Assembly: GCA_964016885.1 (NCBI GenBank)
Contig: OZ024744.1
Coordinates: forward strand, 51,522,001-51,586,000
Length of the DNA stretch: 64,000 bases
Source: Eledone cirrhosa
Lineage: Eukaryota
Reading direction: 5' to 3'
In this document: positions 1 through 11,013 of the stretch, in pieces
Layout: each line of letters starts with the position of its first letter
Numbering within the stretch: the stretch's first letter is position 1
Program-made: the position numbers and the translations under genes
Notes under the pieces: model-generated
Databases searched by the model: none
Told to the model about the DNA's origin: nothing
What the model saw: the letters and a program-made list of their open reading frames with translations, nothing else

Positions 1-73
1 TTGTTGTTTGTCATATTTGTAGTGGAGAAGGTAGTGATGTTGATTTTGTCCGACGTTCTAACAATTTTAACGA

Positions 74-83
74 CAACAACAAC

Positions 84-143
<60 letters not shown>
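74..143. repeat. (AAC)n/(AAT)n microsatellite, tail or target of Tx1 copy 1
   Basis: Directly visible. Confidence 0.95.
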
Positions 144-145
<2 letters not shown>

Positions 146-405
146 TTTCTTTATTAACCACAAGGGTTTACATAAAGTAGACATTAAGGACAGTGCAGGA
201 CAATGCAGGACGGTACAAATGGGCATTTCTGCGTGTAAAAAAACAAAAACAGAAGATGTAACAAAAATAACAATGAAAATAACAATGAAAAATTCCCCAA
301 TAGGGGGGAGACTTCGGAGGGACATTTGTGGAGAAAGCCCAGTAAAAAGCCACAATGACCCTGACCACCAAGGCAAGTGCCCTCTCCCAGTTTTCCACCT
401 TTAGT

Positions 406-3400
406 TTACAGATATATACTCAGAGTCGGCCCATTCACTCGGGCCATTCTTGCTTCTCTCACCCATCTTTCAACAAAATGCTGGGAAGAGAGCACTTCCC
501 TCTCTACTCTGATTTTCCTTTTCAAATGAAATTTGAAAAAGTCAATCAGAGCATCACCGAAGAGGTAAGTGCTCGTCTTCAGCCCTTTCAAACGTGTCCA
601 CCATACTATCTCTTTCGCCATGGCCACCAGACAGATAAAAACTGCCTGCCCTTCCCGGCTAAAGGAGGAGGGCGGGGCAATCCTCACGATGGACTCAGAT
701 GATAGCTGGATCCGTCCTAAACGCGACAGCAGGTGTTCGACATAAACCCACAAGTCAGCAATTTTCGGACACTGGACGAGTGCGTGCAGGACGGTTTCGT
801 CGCCCTGCGCGCATCTCGGACATGCCCGGCTGACGGCACCTCCATGCCTGTAGAGTTTATCCCGAACTGGCAAGGCTCCTCGGTAGCACTGCCAGGCCAG
901 AGATTTCTGGAAGTTGTCCATAGGCCCTGGCCCGAAAGTTCTTCCGAAGAGATTGGCTAGTTGATTTTCGTCGACGCCTAGAGTTTCCCCAAGTACGTCG
1001 TCGCTCTTCCCCTCCACTAATCCTCTATAGAACGCCGAGGTGGAGTTTCCACCGATCACATTGCCCGATTGGTCGAGGGCTGTGAGCGCCTGAAGACATT
1101 CCAGTCTCCAGGCGCTCCCTCTCGGTCTTCGCTTGACCCAGGACTGCAGCTCCGTCAAGGAAACGAGCTGGGGAAAAACGCGTCTAGCAAACGGCGACCA
1201 CACCTGATCACCGTCGAGGAAGAGGTGGAGATGTCGTAGCCTGAGCGCGTGCCTGCGCATCATCAGCCACGGCATGCCCAGCCCTCCACGTAGCGGGTGT
1301 TGACAACAGATGGACCGCCTGACCATCGGAGCACGTCCCTTCCACAAAAAGCGAAAGAGCAAACGCTCCAGCGCAGTCAGGCGAGGCTTAGGACAAGGTA
1401 CGACGGTTAGGCGGTAGCAGATGACAGACGCGATGTACGCGTTAGCCACCTCCGCTCGACCTTTCAGGGATAGCTTCCTCTCCGCCCATTTCTGGGTGAG
1501 AGAAGCCACCCTGCTCGTCACCTCGTCCCAGTTTTTGTCCGTCTGGAGGTCCGGACCGAACCAGACCCCTAGCAATTTAACCGGTCCGTCCGTCCAGCGC
1601 CCGACGACGCTGTTGGACGGCATGGACCTGCCTCTCCAGGTGCCGAGCTGCAGGCCCACTGACTTTTCCTGGTTGATCATTGCTCCTGTCACCGCTTCGT
1701 ATTCTCTTAGTGTAGTGCCGATCGCCTCGATGTGTTTGGCGTTCGACACCACTACGGTGACATCGTCCGCATATGCTGACACGGATCTTCCGCATCCTAG
1801 TTCGCGCGGGACTCCCCTCAACGTCTCCAGTTTGTGCAGTAATGGCTCGAGAGTCAATACGTACAAGAGGGACGAGAGGGGACATCCTTGGCGGACCGAG
1901 CGCATGATGTTGAACGGTTCCGACAGGTGACCGTTCACTCTCACCACAGAGCAGATGTCGCTGTGCATGGCAGCGATCCAGCCTCTGAAGACGGGCCCAA
2001 AGCCAGCCGCCCTCAGGACTGCCGCTAGGTAACGATGGTCGACCCTATCGAAAGCTTTCGACTGATCTAAATTGATCAAGGACCCACCCGTGCCAGGTTC
2101 CCTAGCTACCCTCTCTACGATGTATCGCATGAGGTGGAGGTTGTCGTGGATGGATCTGTCGGGAATGGCGCATGTCTGCGCCTCTCCCACCAGACCACCA
2201 ACGACAAGCGCCAACCTCTTTGCTAGCACCTTGGCCAAAATCTTAAACTCTGTGTTTAGCAGAGTTATGGGCCGGAAATTGTCTATGTTATCCCCCTTGT
2301 TCGGATCCTTTCTCAGCAGTGCCACCGCTCCTCGGCTCACAGAACTGGGAATTCTCCCGTTCTGTTGCCAGTTGCAGTAGACGTCCGCCAAGAGGCCTCC
2401 GAACAAGTCTGGCATCTGTACGTAAAGTTCATAGGGCAGACCATCCAAACCAGGCGATTTACCCCTTGTGCAGCCAGTCATTGCCTCCCGTACTTCAGCG
2501 GCTGTTATCGGCTTTTCGCAACACCTCGCCTCAGTGGCCGAGAGCCGCGGCAGCCCGTCGAGGTAGACACTAAAGTCCATCCCTCTACCCGGCCCCCCGC
2601 TGCCCCCGAACAGCTGAGCGAAGTGTCGCTGAAAAGTTTCACACATTTGCCCGGGATCGAGTAGCATGCGCCCGTCGTGGTCCACCAAAGACCGGATCGT
2701 GGCTTTGTTGCCACGACGCGCCTCCGCCACTCGGGCCCATTGAACGGCTTTCGTCCCCTCGTGTCTGAGAGCACGCACCCTAGCTCTGACAACGCAGCCT
2801 TCGTGCTTTGCATTGAAGAATTGGTCAAGGGCCAATTTCGCCGCAAGCACGTCGGTCGCAATGCCTTTGCTAAGCGCCTCGTCTAATTTTCTAACTAGTT
2901 CTCCCTCTGCTCTATTTTTCTCTATTGCTAAAGCCTTACTAAACCTAATCGATTCTATTCTAATCGCTCTTTTCAGAGCAAACCACCACTTGTTGTTGAC
3001 GATGGCCCCCGTCAACGCCCGCTTAACTAGTTCGCTAATCCGGTCTCTGTAGGCCTTGCGCGCTGGTAAGGACGCGTTTAGCTTCCAGTAGCCGGGTCCT
3101 CGTCTATGAAGCCTATCTAAGTCAAGCACACAGATCACGAATTTGTGGTCCGTGTAGCTGACTATCTTGAATTGTGGACAGCCTATGCTAGACCTATCTA
3201 TTTCCCTACAAAATACTCTATCTAGATATGATCTGGATGACCCTATGCGGTTTGTCCAAGTCCACATTGGCACATTCGGGAAATCCAATCGGTACCTGTC
3301 AGACAGTTCAAAACGCCTGAGCAGGTTGGTGAGGCTCTTGCACCCTCCACCCCTATCCGCTAATCCCACACAGTCCCAGCGTGCATCTAAGATCCCGTTC

Positions 3401-3825
3401 CAGTCGCCCACTAACACTAAAGAGCGGGACGTTCCAAGAAAGGTCTCCAGACGCCGGAAGAAATCAGGCCGCCCTGCTCCTGTCGGGGCATAGACGGCCA
3501 CTAGCCTGAAAGCTTGCCCGTCTCCGCTGGTCACGTCCAGCACCACCAGCTTACCCTCTGGGTCCAGGAAGATGGCCCGTATGGCGAGATCCAAACCTCT
3601 CCGAAAAAGTACAGCAACTCCTCCACCGGATCCAGGACGGCTGGGAGATGCGTACACATCGTAGCCGCCGAAGATCGGTGCGAAGGCCCGTGCTTCGGAG
3701 ATTCTGGTCTCGCTGATGGCCACTACATCTATGTTTAGTGACCTGAGGTCGTTGAGCAGGTGACCCTGCTTCCATGACGACCCCAAGCCACGCGCATTTA
3801 TGCTGCCTATTCTGAGTGAGGTCAT
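406..3825 (-). CDS. ORF2: APE-like endonuclease + reverse transcriptase + C-terminal zinc-binding domain (1139 aa)
   Basis: Endonuclease motifs SINARGL, SETR, GDWN, SYLD, TDH; RT motifs KSPGLDG, FRPITLLN, DQSKAFDRV, RQGCPLS, YADD; C-terminal CPRC..ETVLHALVQC. Confidence 0.96.
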   Translation of the reverse strand: MTSLRIGSINARGLGSSWKQGHLLNDLRSLNIDVVAISETRISEARAFAPIFGGYDVYASPSRPGSGGGVAVLFRRGLDLAIRAIFLDPEGKLVVLDVTSGDGQAFRLVAVYAPTGAGRPDFFRRLETFLGTSRSLVLVGDWNGILDARWDCVGLADRGGGCKSLTNLLRRFELSDRYRLDFPNVPMWTWTNRIGSSRSYLDRVFCREIDRSSIGCPQFKIVSYTDHKFVICVLDLDRLHRRGPGYWKLNASLPARKAYRDRISELVKRALTGAIVNNKWWFALKRAIRIESIRFSKALAIEKNRAEGELVRKLDEALSKGIATDVLAAKLALDQFFNAKHEGCVVRARVRALRHEGTKAVQWARVAEARRGNKATIRSLVDHDGRMLLDPGQMCETFQRHFAQLFGGSGGPGRGMDFSVYLDGLPRLSATEARCCEKPITAAEVREAMTGCTRGKSPGLDGLPYELYVQMPDLFGGLLADVYCNWQQNGRIPSSVSRGAVALLRKDPNKGDNIDNFRPITLLNTEFKILAKVLAKRLALVVGGLVGEAQTCAIPDRSIHDNLHLMRYIVERVAREPGTGGSLINLDQSKAFDRVDHRYLAAVLRAAGFGPVFRGWIAAMHSDICSVVRVNGHLSEPFNIMRSVRQGCPLSSLLYVLTLEPLLHKLETLRGVPRELGCGRSVSAYADDVTVVVSNAKHIEAIGTTLREYEAVTGAMINQEKSVGLQLGTWRGRSMPSNSVVGRWTDGPVKLLGVWFGPDLQTDKNWDEVTSRVASLTQKWAERKLSLKGRAEVANAYIASVICYRLTVVPCPKPRLTALERLLFRFLWKGRAPMVRRSICCQHPLRGGLGMPWLMMRRHALRLRHLHLFLDGDQVWSPFARRVFPQLVSLTELQSWVKRRPRGSAWRLECLQALTALDQSGNVIGGNSTSAFYRGLVEGKSDDVLGETLGVDENQLANLFGRTFGPGPMDNFQKSLAWQCYRGALPVRDKLYRHGGAVSRACPRCAQGDETVLHALVQCPKIADLWVYVEHLLSRLGRIQLSSESIVRIAPPSSFSREGQAVFICLVAMAKEIVWWTRLKGLKTSTYLFGDALIDFFKFHLKRKIRVEREVLSSQHFVERWVREARMARVNGPTLSIYL

Positions 3826-3860
3826 GTTTAAAATAGAGTGGAAAAGATGGGAAAGACCAC

Positions 3861-5957
3861 TTACCGTATTTTTGGTAGAGGAGGGATGGTTTTTACATCC
3901 CTTTTCACTTGATCGTCTGGTGAAGGGACCGTTGAATCTTCCCTTCGGCTGGTCGTCGGCTCTTCTAAGAGAATGTCTGAATATACTCTTCGATTAATGG
4001 TTCCTCCTAGGTCCCTGAAATCACCAACTGCGTTGGGAAATTTCGTTTTAATGTTTGTGTATTGTTTCTGTGCTATTTTTAGCAGTCTTATGTTAGTTGG
4101 CGTTTTGATTGGTGCTGGTATTATGTAGTCCTGTTGTGAAATGTCTGTGTGTTCAATTATGTAAGTCATTAGTTTCTTGTTGTGTGTGTTTATTGCCGTG
4201 CATTTGTTTTTCTGGGGGTGGGGTGTGGTTCTGCTATTTTCTTGTCGTTGTTGCTGGGTGTGTGTGTTTTGTTGTTGTGTTTGCGATGTTGGTGCTTGTG
4301 GTGGTGGTGTTGAAGGTGTTGTTGGCGGTGGGGTTGTCGCCGGTGGTGATGGTGGTGCTGGTGTGGGTGGTGATGGTGTTGGTGGTGTTGCTGCTGTGGG
4401 TCTCTTTGCAGTAGACTTTACCCTTTTCTCATTTCTTTCCTCCCTTTTCAAAGGCGACGATGCGCTGCTTCTGCGTTTGTGCCTTCTTGAGACCTTTTGC
4501 CATCCCTCTCCCACCTCACACTCCATGTCTGATTCTGTAAGGTCGGGGAGGGGTACCAGCTCCACTCTTTCACTTGTTGTTGTTGGTGATGTTTGCACTG
4601 GAGTCTCTGTTGCAGCTGCATTTGGTATTGCTGTTGTTGTTGTTAATATTTCCACTGCTGCTGCTGTCTTTGATTTCCGTGGAGTGGGTATGGGTGCCAC
4701 GGACCTATCGTTCCTGGTTGCCGCTTGTCCTGTTGCTGGTAGCCGTGGAACCGGATTCGGGAGGAGGGGGGTTTTCTCCTTTCTCAGGGTCTTCTCGTTG
4801 CAGAAGGCCCTGAGGTGAGTCTTCGATCCACAGCGAAAGCATTTCGGGCGTTTGCCCTCAACACTTATGGGCAGTTGAGTGCCGTTATCGAAGTCTATCA
4901 CATCCGGGATAGCTTCGATGCACTCCTGGTTGGTTTGGATTAGCATCTCAATGGAGGAGCCGACCCAATCTTCTCTTACTTTTTTCTGTACTTGCAGTAC
5001 AGTTGTTTTGTCCTCGATTCCGACGAGGACAGACGCGGCCAGCCAAGAAGGGGTCATTCCGGGGGGGACGTGGGTCAGTTTGACCCTCACAATTTTTTGC
5101 CCGCAGTAGGAGGGCACCAACACCATTTCCTCGCTCCTTAGGGTCACTACTGATTGGGCCTTTGCCTCCTGGGGTGTGGCAAAAAGTACGTCTACGGTGG
5201 CATATTTTTTGCCTCGGGTGATGTGCGTTTTCCGCTGCCACACAGACCCCAAGGCTTTTTGTATTTGGGCCTCTGTGGCTCTTTCCACCCTACGGGATTT
5301 TGTACTTACTGTACGGTACGTGACCGTACAGTGCTCTTGGGTTTCGAAAAAATTTTTCGCTGCCTTGCAGATTGCTCGGTGTCCGTTCTTTGTCACCATC
5401 TTCTTCGCTTCCTCTAATTCCTCATTTGTTATGAGGATTGTTTCCAAATTTTTCGCAATACCTGCAAATGAGATTGGTTTTTCTCTGCTGTTGTTGTTGT
5501 CGTCAGAGCTGCTGGTACTTTTGTTGTTGCTGCAGGTACTACGACTACTGCCTCCGCCGCTGTTGCTGTGGTTGTTGTTGGTGTTGCTGCTGCTAATGCT
5601 GTTGTTGTTTATGCTGCTGGTGATGCTGTTGCGGCTGCTACTGTTGTTTTCATTGTCACTGTTGCTGTTGTTATTACGGCTGCTACTGCTATTATTCCTG
5701 ACGTCAGACGAATGAACTGGGTTTTCGTATTTCCCGCACACCTGTTTCGTCGCTGTCGTCGTCGTCGTGGAGAAACCTTGCACGCTTTGCACGAGACTTT
5801 TCTTTTCTTTCGTCGCTTGCGAAAGAGAAGGGAGGGAGAGAGACACATTTAAAGAAGGGAGGGAGAGAGACAATCTTCTCTCTGCTGTAGTGATGATTGA
5901 GGAAGAAGAAGACGGAATGAGTGGGAGTGACGTATGAAATTTCTTTTTGGTAGCCAT
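3861..5957 (-). CDS. ORF1: gag-like nucleic-acid-binding protein with CCHC zinc knuckle
   Basis: CFRCGSKTHLRAFC (CX2CX4HX4C); lies upstream of ORF2; first ATG at 5957 (the track start at 5990 is TTG); N/S-rich and P/T-rich low-complexity tracts. Confidence 0.9.
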   Translation of the reverse strand: MATKKKFHTSLPLIPSSSSSIITTAERRLSLSLPSLNVSLSLPSLSQATKEKKSLVQSVQGFSTTTTTATKQVCGKYENPVHSSDVRNNSSSSRNNNSNSDNENNSSSRNSITSSINNNSISSSNTNNNHSNSGGGSSRSTCSNNKSTSSSDDNNNSREKPISFAGIAKNLETILITNEELEEAKKMVTKNGHRAICKAAKNFFETQEHCTVTYRTVSTKSRRVERATEAQIQKALGSVWQRKTHITRGKKYATVDVLFATPQEAKAQSVVTLRSEEMVLVPSYCGQKIVRVKLTHVPPGMTPSWLAASVLVGIEDKTTVLQVQKKVREDWVGSSIEMLIQTNQECIEAIPDVIDFDNGTQLPISVEGKRPKCFRCGSKTHLRAFCNEKTLRKEKTPLLPNPVPRLPATGQAATRNDRSVAPIPTPRKSKTAAAVEILTTTTAIPNAAATETPVQTSPTTTSERVELVPLPDLTESDMECEVGEGWQKVSRRHKRRSSASSPLKREERNEKRVKSTAKRPTAATPPTPSPPTPAPPSPPATTPPPTTPSTPPPQAPTSQTQQQNTHTQQQRQENSRTTPHPQKNKCTAINTHNKKLMTYIIEHTDISQQDYIIPAPIKTPTNIRLLKIAQKQYTNIKTKFPNAVGDFRDLGGTINRRVYSDILLEEPTTSRREDSTVPSPDDQVKRDVKTIPPLPKIR

Positions 5958-6004
5958 GTTTTTTTGTTTAAAATGAAATTTTGGGTACAAAACCCCAATA
6001 ACTG

Positions 6005-6032
6005 GTTATTTAACCCCGAAGGGCCAAATAAC
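6005..6032 (-). promoter_or_regulatory. 12-bp stem with cUUCGg tetraloop in the Tx1 5' UTR (also at 16873-16900)
   Basis: Sense-strand sequence GTTATTTGGCCC-TTCG-GGGTTAAATAAC. Confidence 0.55.
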
Positions 6033-6197
6033 GGACAGAAAGACCCCTCTCACGAGGAGGAGGGTGTCTTTATCAACAATTTGGTTCAAGTTTTAAACAA
6101 TTTACAATTGTTTTAACGGTTAAAAATTACTATACCTTACAGAGCCGAGCCTCCGTCAACCATGGCATTCAATAATAATAATAATAATAATAATAAT

Positions 6198-9100
6198 GAT
6201 TTCATTTATTAGCCACAAGGGCCGATATGTAGAGGACAATACAAAGACAGGGACAGTGGGGGTTTACAATAAGGTTGAGTAAAAGTGCACAATGGCAAGA
6301 CTAATTTAACAATGAAAATATAAAAATATAAAATAAACTATGCATAAATATAACAAAATAAATTCCCCGATAGGGGGTGGACGATCCTGGAGTGATTCGG
6401 GTACCCCACCAATCCTGAACCACCCTGCGCTTCTAGGGCACCCAGGGAGAGCACAACTATCCTCAAGTTAGCCAGCCTATAGGCGCATGGTCAGAGTAGG
6501 CCCATTCACACGAGCCATTCTCGCCACATTCACCCACCTTTTAGCAAATGCACTGGGGGGGGGGGGGCACTTCTCTCTCCACCCTCACCTTCCTTTCCAG
6601 GTGAAACTTGAAGAAGTTGATGAGGGATTGGCCGAAGAGAAAAGTGTCTGTCTTTAGTCCTTTCAACCTGGTCCACCATATAATCTCTTTCGCAACTGCC
6701 ACCAGACAGAGGAAAATTTCCTGCTCTTCCTGCCCTAAGGAAGGCGGTGGATCGATCTTCACTATGGACTCGGCCGATAGCCGGATTCGTTCTACACGCG
6801 ACAGTAGCTGTTCGACATAACTCCACAAGTCAGTAATGCACGGACATTGGACAAGTGCGTGCAGAACGGTTTCGTCGTTCTGTGCGCATCTTGGGCAGGT
6901 CCGTCTGACAGCACTTCCGTGCCTGTAGAGTTTATCCCGAACCGGCAGTGCCCCCCGGTAGCACTGCCAAGCGAGGGATTTCTGGAAATTGTCCATCGTC
7001 CCCGGCTCAAAAGTCCTCCGGTACAGACTGGTCAGTTCGACTTCGTCGAGGCCCAAAGCTTCTCCGAGTGCGTCATCGCACTTGCCTACCACTAATCCTC
7101 TATAGAACTCGCGAGTGGAAGTTCCACTGATCGCATTGCCCGCTTGGTAGAGGGCAGAGAGTGCCTGGCAACATTCCAGGTGCCAGTCACCCAGTCTCGG
7201 TCTCTTCTTGACCCAGGACTGCAGCTCAGTTCAAGAAATGAGCTGCGAAAAGGCCCGTCTGATAAACGGCGACCACACCTGTTCACCGTTGAGGCAGAAT
7301 ATCTGGAGATGTCGCAGCCTCAACGCATGTCTGCGCATCATTAGCCACGGCATGCCCAGCCCTCCGCGTAGAGGGTGCTGGCAGCAGATGGACCGCCTCA
7401 CCAACGGAACTTGTCCCCTCCACAAGAATTTGAAGAGGAGCCGTTCCAGCTTGACGAGGCGCGGATGGGGGCAAGGCACGACGGTTAGGCGGTAGTAGAT
7501 GACGGACGCGATATACGCATTCGCCACCTCCGCGCGACCTTTCAGTGATAGCTTCCTCCCAGCCCATTTTTGGGTGAAACTGGCTACTCTGCTCGTTACC
7601 TCGTCCCAATACTTTTCCACCTGGAGGTCTGGTCCGAACCAAACCCCGAGCAACTTTACCGGTCCGTCCGTCCAGCGCCCCACGACGCTGTTGTACGGCA
7701 TGGGCTTGCCTCTCCAGGTTCCGAGCTGCAAGCCCACCGACTTTTTCGGGTTAAGTTTGGCTCCTGTCAACCTTTCATATTCCTTCAATAAGGTGCTTAC
7801 CACCTCGATTTCTGAGGTGTTCGACACCATCACGGTGATGTCGTCCGCATAAGCCGACACCGCCCTTCCACGTCCCGGTTCGAGCGGGATGCCCTGCAAC
7901 AGCTCCAGCTTCTGCAGTAAAGACTCGAGTGTCAATACGTACAGAAGGGAAGAGAGAGGGCACCCTTGACGGACCGATCGGGAGAGCCGAAATGGTTCTG
8001 AGAGGTGGCCATTAACCTTAACCACCGAACATGTGTCGCTGTGCATTGCAACGATCCAGCTTCTAAAGACAGGGCCGAAGCCAGCTGCTTTGAGGACAAA
8101 CTCCAGATACCGATGCTCGACCCTATCGAATACTTTCGATTGATCTAAATTGATCAGAGCCCCACCGAAGCCAGGTTTACACCCTACCCTCTCTATGATG
8201 TATCGCATGAGGTGGAGATTGTCGTGTATGGACCTGGCTGGGATTGCGCAAGTTTGCGCCTCCCCAACCAAATCCTCGACGACAAGCGCCAATCTCTTTG
8301 TTAACACCTTGGCCAAAATCTTAAACTCTGTGTTGAGCAGAGTTATGGGCCTGAAGTTGTCTAATGTATCCCTCTTGTTCTCGTCTTTCCTTCTGCTCAC
8401 AGAACTGGGAATACTCCCATTCTGCCAGGTGACTTGCGCCTCATGCAGCCGACAAGGGCGTCCTGAATTTCGGCTGAAGTAATCGGCCTTTCGCAGCGCT
8501 CAGCGTCGACCGTCGAGATGCGCTGCAAGCCGTCAAGGTAGGGACTGAAATCCGCTACTCTCTCTGACTCGCCACTCTCTCTGAACAACCGAGCAAAGTG
8601 CTGGCGAAAGGTCTCACACATCCGCTTGGAATCGCTTATCTCGTGTCCGTCTCGGTCCGCCAAAGACCGAATTGTGGTTTTATTACCACGCTGCGCCTCC
8701 ACCACGCGGGCCCATCGAACAGCTTTAGTTCCCTCGTTTCTCAGCGCACGCGCCTTAGCTCTGACAATGCAACCTTCGTGTTTGGCATTGAAGAAATGGT
8801 CTAATGCCATTCTCGCCGCTAGCACGTCAGTTGCGATGCCACTACAAATAGCCTCGTCTAACTTATCTACCAGCTCCCCCCTCCTTTCTATTTTTTCTCT
8901 AACGCTAGTTCTTTGCTGAACTCTATCGAAATTACTCTAATCTCTCTTGTGAGAGCCACCCACCATCTGTTGTTGATGATCCCCACTGTCAACTTTTTCT
9001 TAACTAAATTGTTGACTCGGTCTCTGTAAGCCTTACATGCCGGAAATGACATGTTCAGCTTCGAGTAACCCGGTCTTAACCTACGCGTTTTATTTAGGTC

Positions 9101-9574
9101 GACCGTACAGATCACAAATTTGTGATCTGAATAGGCGACCGTTTTAAAAAGTGCACAGCCCACACTATTTCTATCTATTTTCCTAATGAAGATCCTGTCT
9201 TTATACGATCTAGATGACCCCATTCGGTTGGTCCATGTCCATACTGGCACATTGGGGAAATCTAGTCGATAGCTGTCAGACAGTTGGAACTGGCTGAGTA
9301 GGTGCTTGAGGCTTTTGCACCCCCCGCTCCTATCGGCTACTCCCACACAATCCCAGCGTGCGTCTAAGATGCCATTCCAGTCCCCCGCTAACAGTAAAGG
9401 GCGAGACGTACCCAGAAAGGTCTCCAGGCGCCTAAAGAAGTCAGGTCGTCCGGCCCCTGTAGGGGCGTAGACGGCCAGCAGTCTAAAGGCACCACCTTCG
9501 CTACTGCTCACATCCAAGACCACCAACTTACCGTTCGGGTCCCGGAAGATCGACCTTACCTCGAGATCCAGTCC
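6198..9574 (-). pseudogene. 5'-truncated, frameshifted Tx1 element (family B, copy 1)
   Basis: ORF pieces 8888-9526, 8397-8825, 7231-8400 and 6541-7092 are collinear with family A ORF2 (GDWN, FRPITLLN, YADD, CPRC); internal deletion near 8430; (AAT)n on both sides. Confidence 0.93.
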
Positions 9575-9602
9575 TAATAATGATAATAATAATAATAATA
9601 AT

Positions 9603-9784
9603 TGTTTCTACTTTAGGCATAAGGCCAGCAATTACCCAGTGCATTACTGGTACTTTATTTTATCGACTCCGTAAGTATGAAAGGCAAAGTCAACCTCGGC
9701 GGGATTTGAACTCAGATCGTAAAGGGACGTAACTATGCTGGAAAGCATGGCGTCCGACGCTCTACCGATACTGCCAATCCACCG
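9603..9784 (-). mobile_element. tRNA-derived SINE with ATT tail
   Basis: Minus-strand A box TGGCAGTATCGG, B box GAGTTCAAATCC, core GCCTTTCAT..GTCGATAAAATAAAGTACCAGT, tail AGAAACA(ATT)n; more than 10 copies in the window. Confidence 0.9.
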
Positions 9785-9793
9785 TAATAATAA

Positions 9794-10819
9794 TAACAAG
9801 AGGAGTGATATCGATAGACTCTACTTAAAGAGATCTGAAGGTGGAAGAGGTCTTATCAGCATAGAGGACTGTGTTCAGATGGAGAAAAACAACCTACACA
9901 AATACGTGAATTGTACTGAAGGAGAGGACAATAGACCAGGGGATGTCCAAGGAGGAAATAATAAGGAGAAAGAGCAGCCTTCATGAAAAATCCCTTCATA
10001 GTGCCTTCTTTGAGAAAACTGAATTTAGAGATCCACAGACATGGAACTGGTTGAAAAGAGGAGACCTTAAAAAGACTATAGAAGGAATGCTAATGGCTGC
10101 GCAAGAGCAGGCCCTCAAAACGAAGTGGCTGAAACACCATATTTACAAGGAGGAGGCTAGCCCATTGTGCAAGATCTGTGGAGAGAGAGAGAGGAGACTG
10201 TGGCTCACATTGTATCCGAGTGTAAACACCTAGCCCAGACTGACTATAAGGGCTGGAGACATGATGTTATGGGCAGGGTGATCCACTGGCACCTATGCAA
10301 AGTAAACAATTTACCACATTCTGAGAAGTGGTATGAGCATAAGCCAGAGTCGGTGATAGAAAACGATCAGGTGAAGGTGCTGTGGGATTTTAGGATACAG
10401 ACGGACAAGAAACTGGAACACAATAGACCTGACCTGGTGGTTTTGGACAAAGAAAAAAGATCGTGCCTGATTGTGGATGTGGCCTGCCCATTCGATACGA
10501 GAGTGCAAGAGAAGGAGAGGGAGAAAATTAACCGATACCAGGACTTAAAGTGAGAGGTAAAAAGGATTTGGAACTGCCATGAAGTCAAAGTGGTCCCGAT
10601 TGTCATAGGCGCACTAGGGACTATCTCAAAAAAGTTTCCAGGGATGGTTAAAGAAAATTGGCCCCTTCACGCTTTTTGGAACGCTTCAAAAGGCATGCTT
10701 GCTGGGAACAGCAAGAACCCTCCGATACGTCCTGAATATCTGAGGCTGCAGGTAGTGGCTTGATATTCATTTCAACAAATTTTCCAGTTAACTAACATCA
10801 ATGACTGGGACTCAAAGAG
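9794..10819 (+). pseudogene. 3' part of an R4/Dong-like RLE non-LTR retrotransposon (copy 1), disrupted
   Basis: DRLYLKRSEGGRGL, AAQEQAL, CKIC..ETVAHIVSEC zinc finger, RHD, LWDF, RPDLVV..D..KE.EK (PD-D/ExK nuclease), VPIVIGALG; (TAA)n tail; TGA at 10551 and frameshifts. Confidence 0.88.
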
Positions 10820-10971
10820 TAATAACAATAATAATAATAATAATAACATTGCAACGCTTCGCTACTCCTCTTCTCCATCATCACGACATTCTTCGTCAAT
10901 ATTTGACGATGCCTTGCAGAAATTCCACCAACAAATTGATATCGTCATTCATTCAGCGCAAGTCTTCTTTC

Positions 10972-11013
<42 letters not shown>

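Larger units (their letters stand above)
144..6170 (-). mobile_element. Full-length, apparently intact Tx1/L1-clade non-LTR retrotransposon (family A, copy 1) inserted in (AAT)n
   Basis: Two long ORFs separated by a 35-bp spacer; 3' end CCCTTGTGGTTAATAAAGAAATC followed by (ATT)n; 5' end abuts (ATT)n at 6171-6197. Confidence 0.95.

Noticed and set aside
733-5852. Plus-strand ORFs overlapping the Tx1 ORFs
   Set aside because: Antisense shadows of GC-rich coding sequence with no recognisable domains
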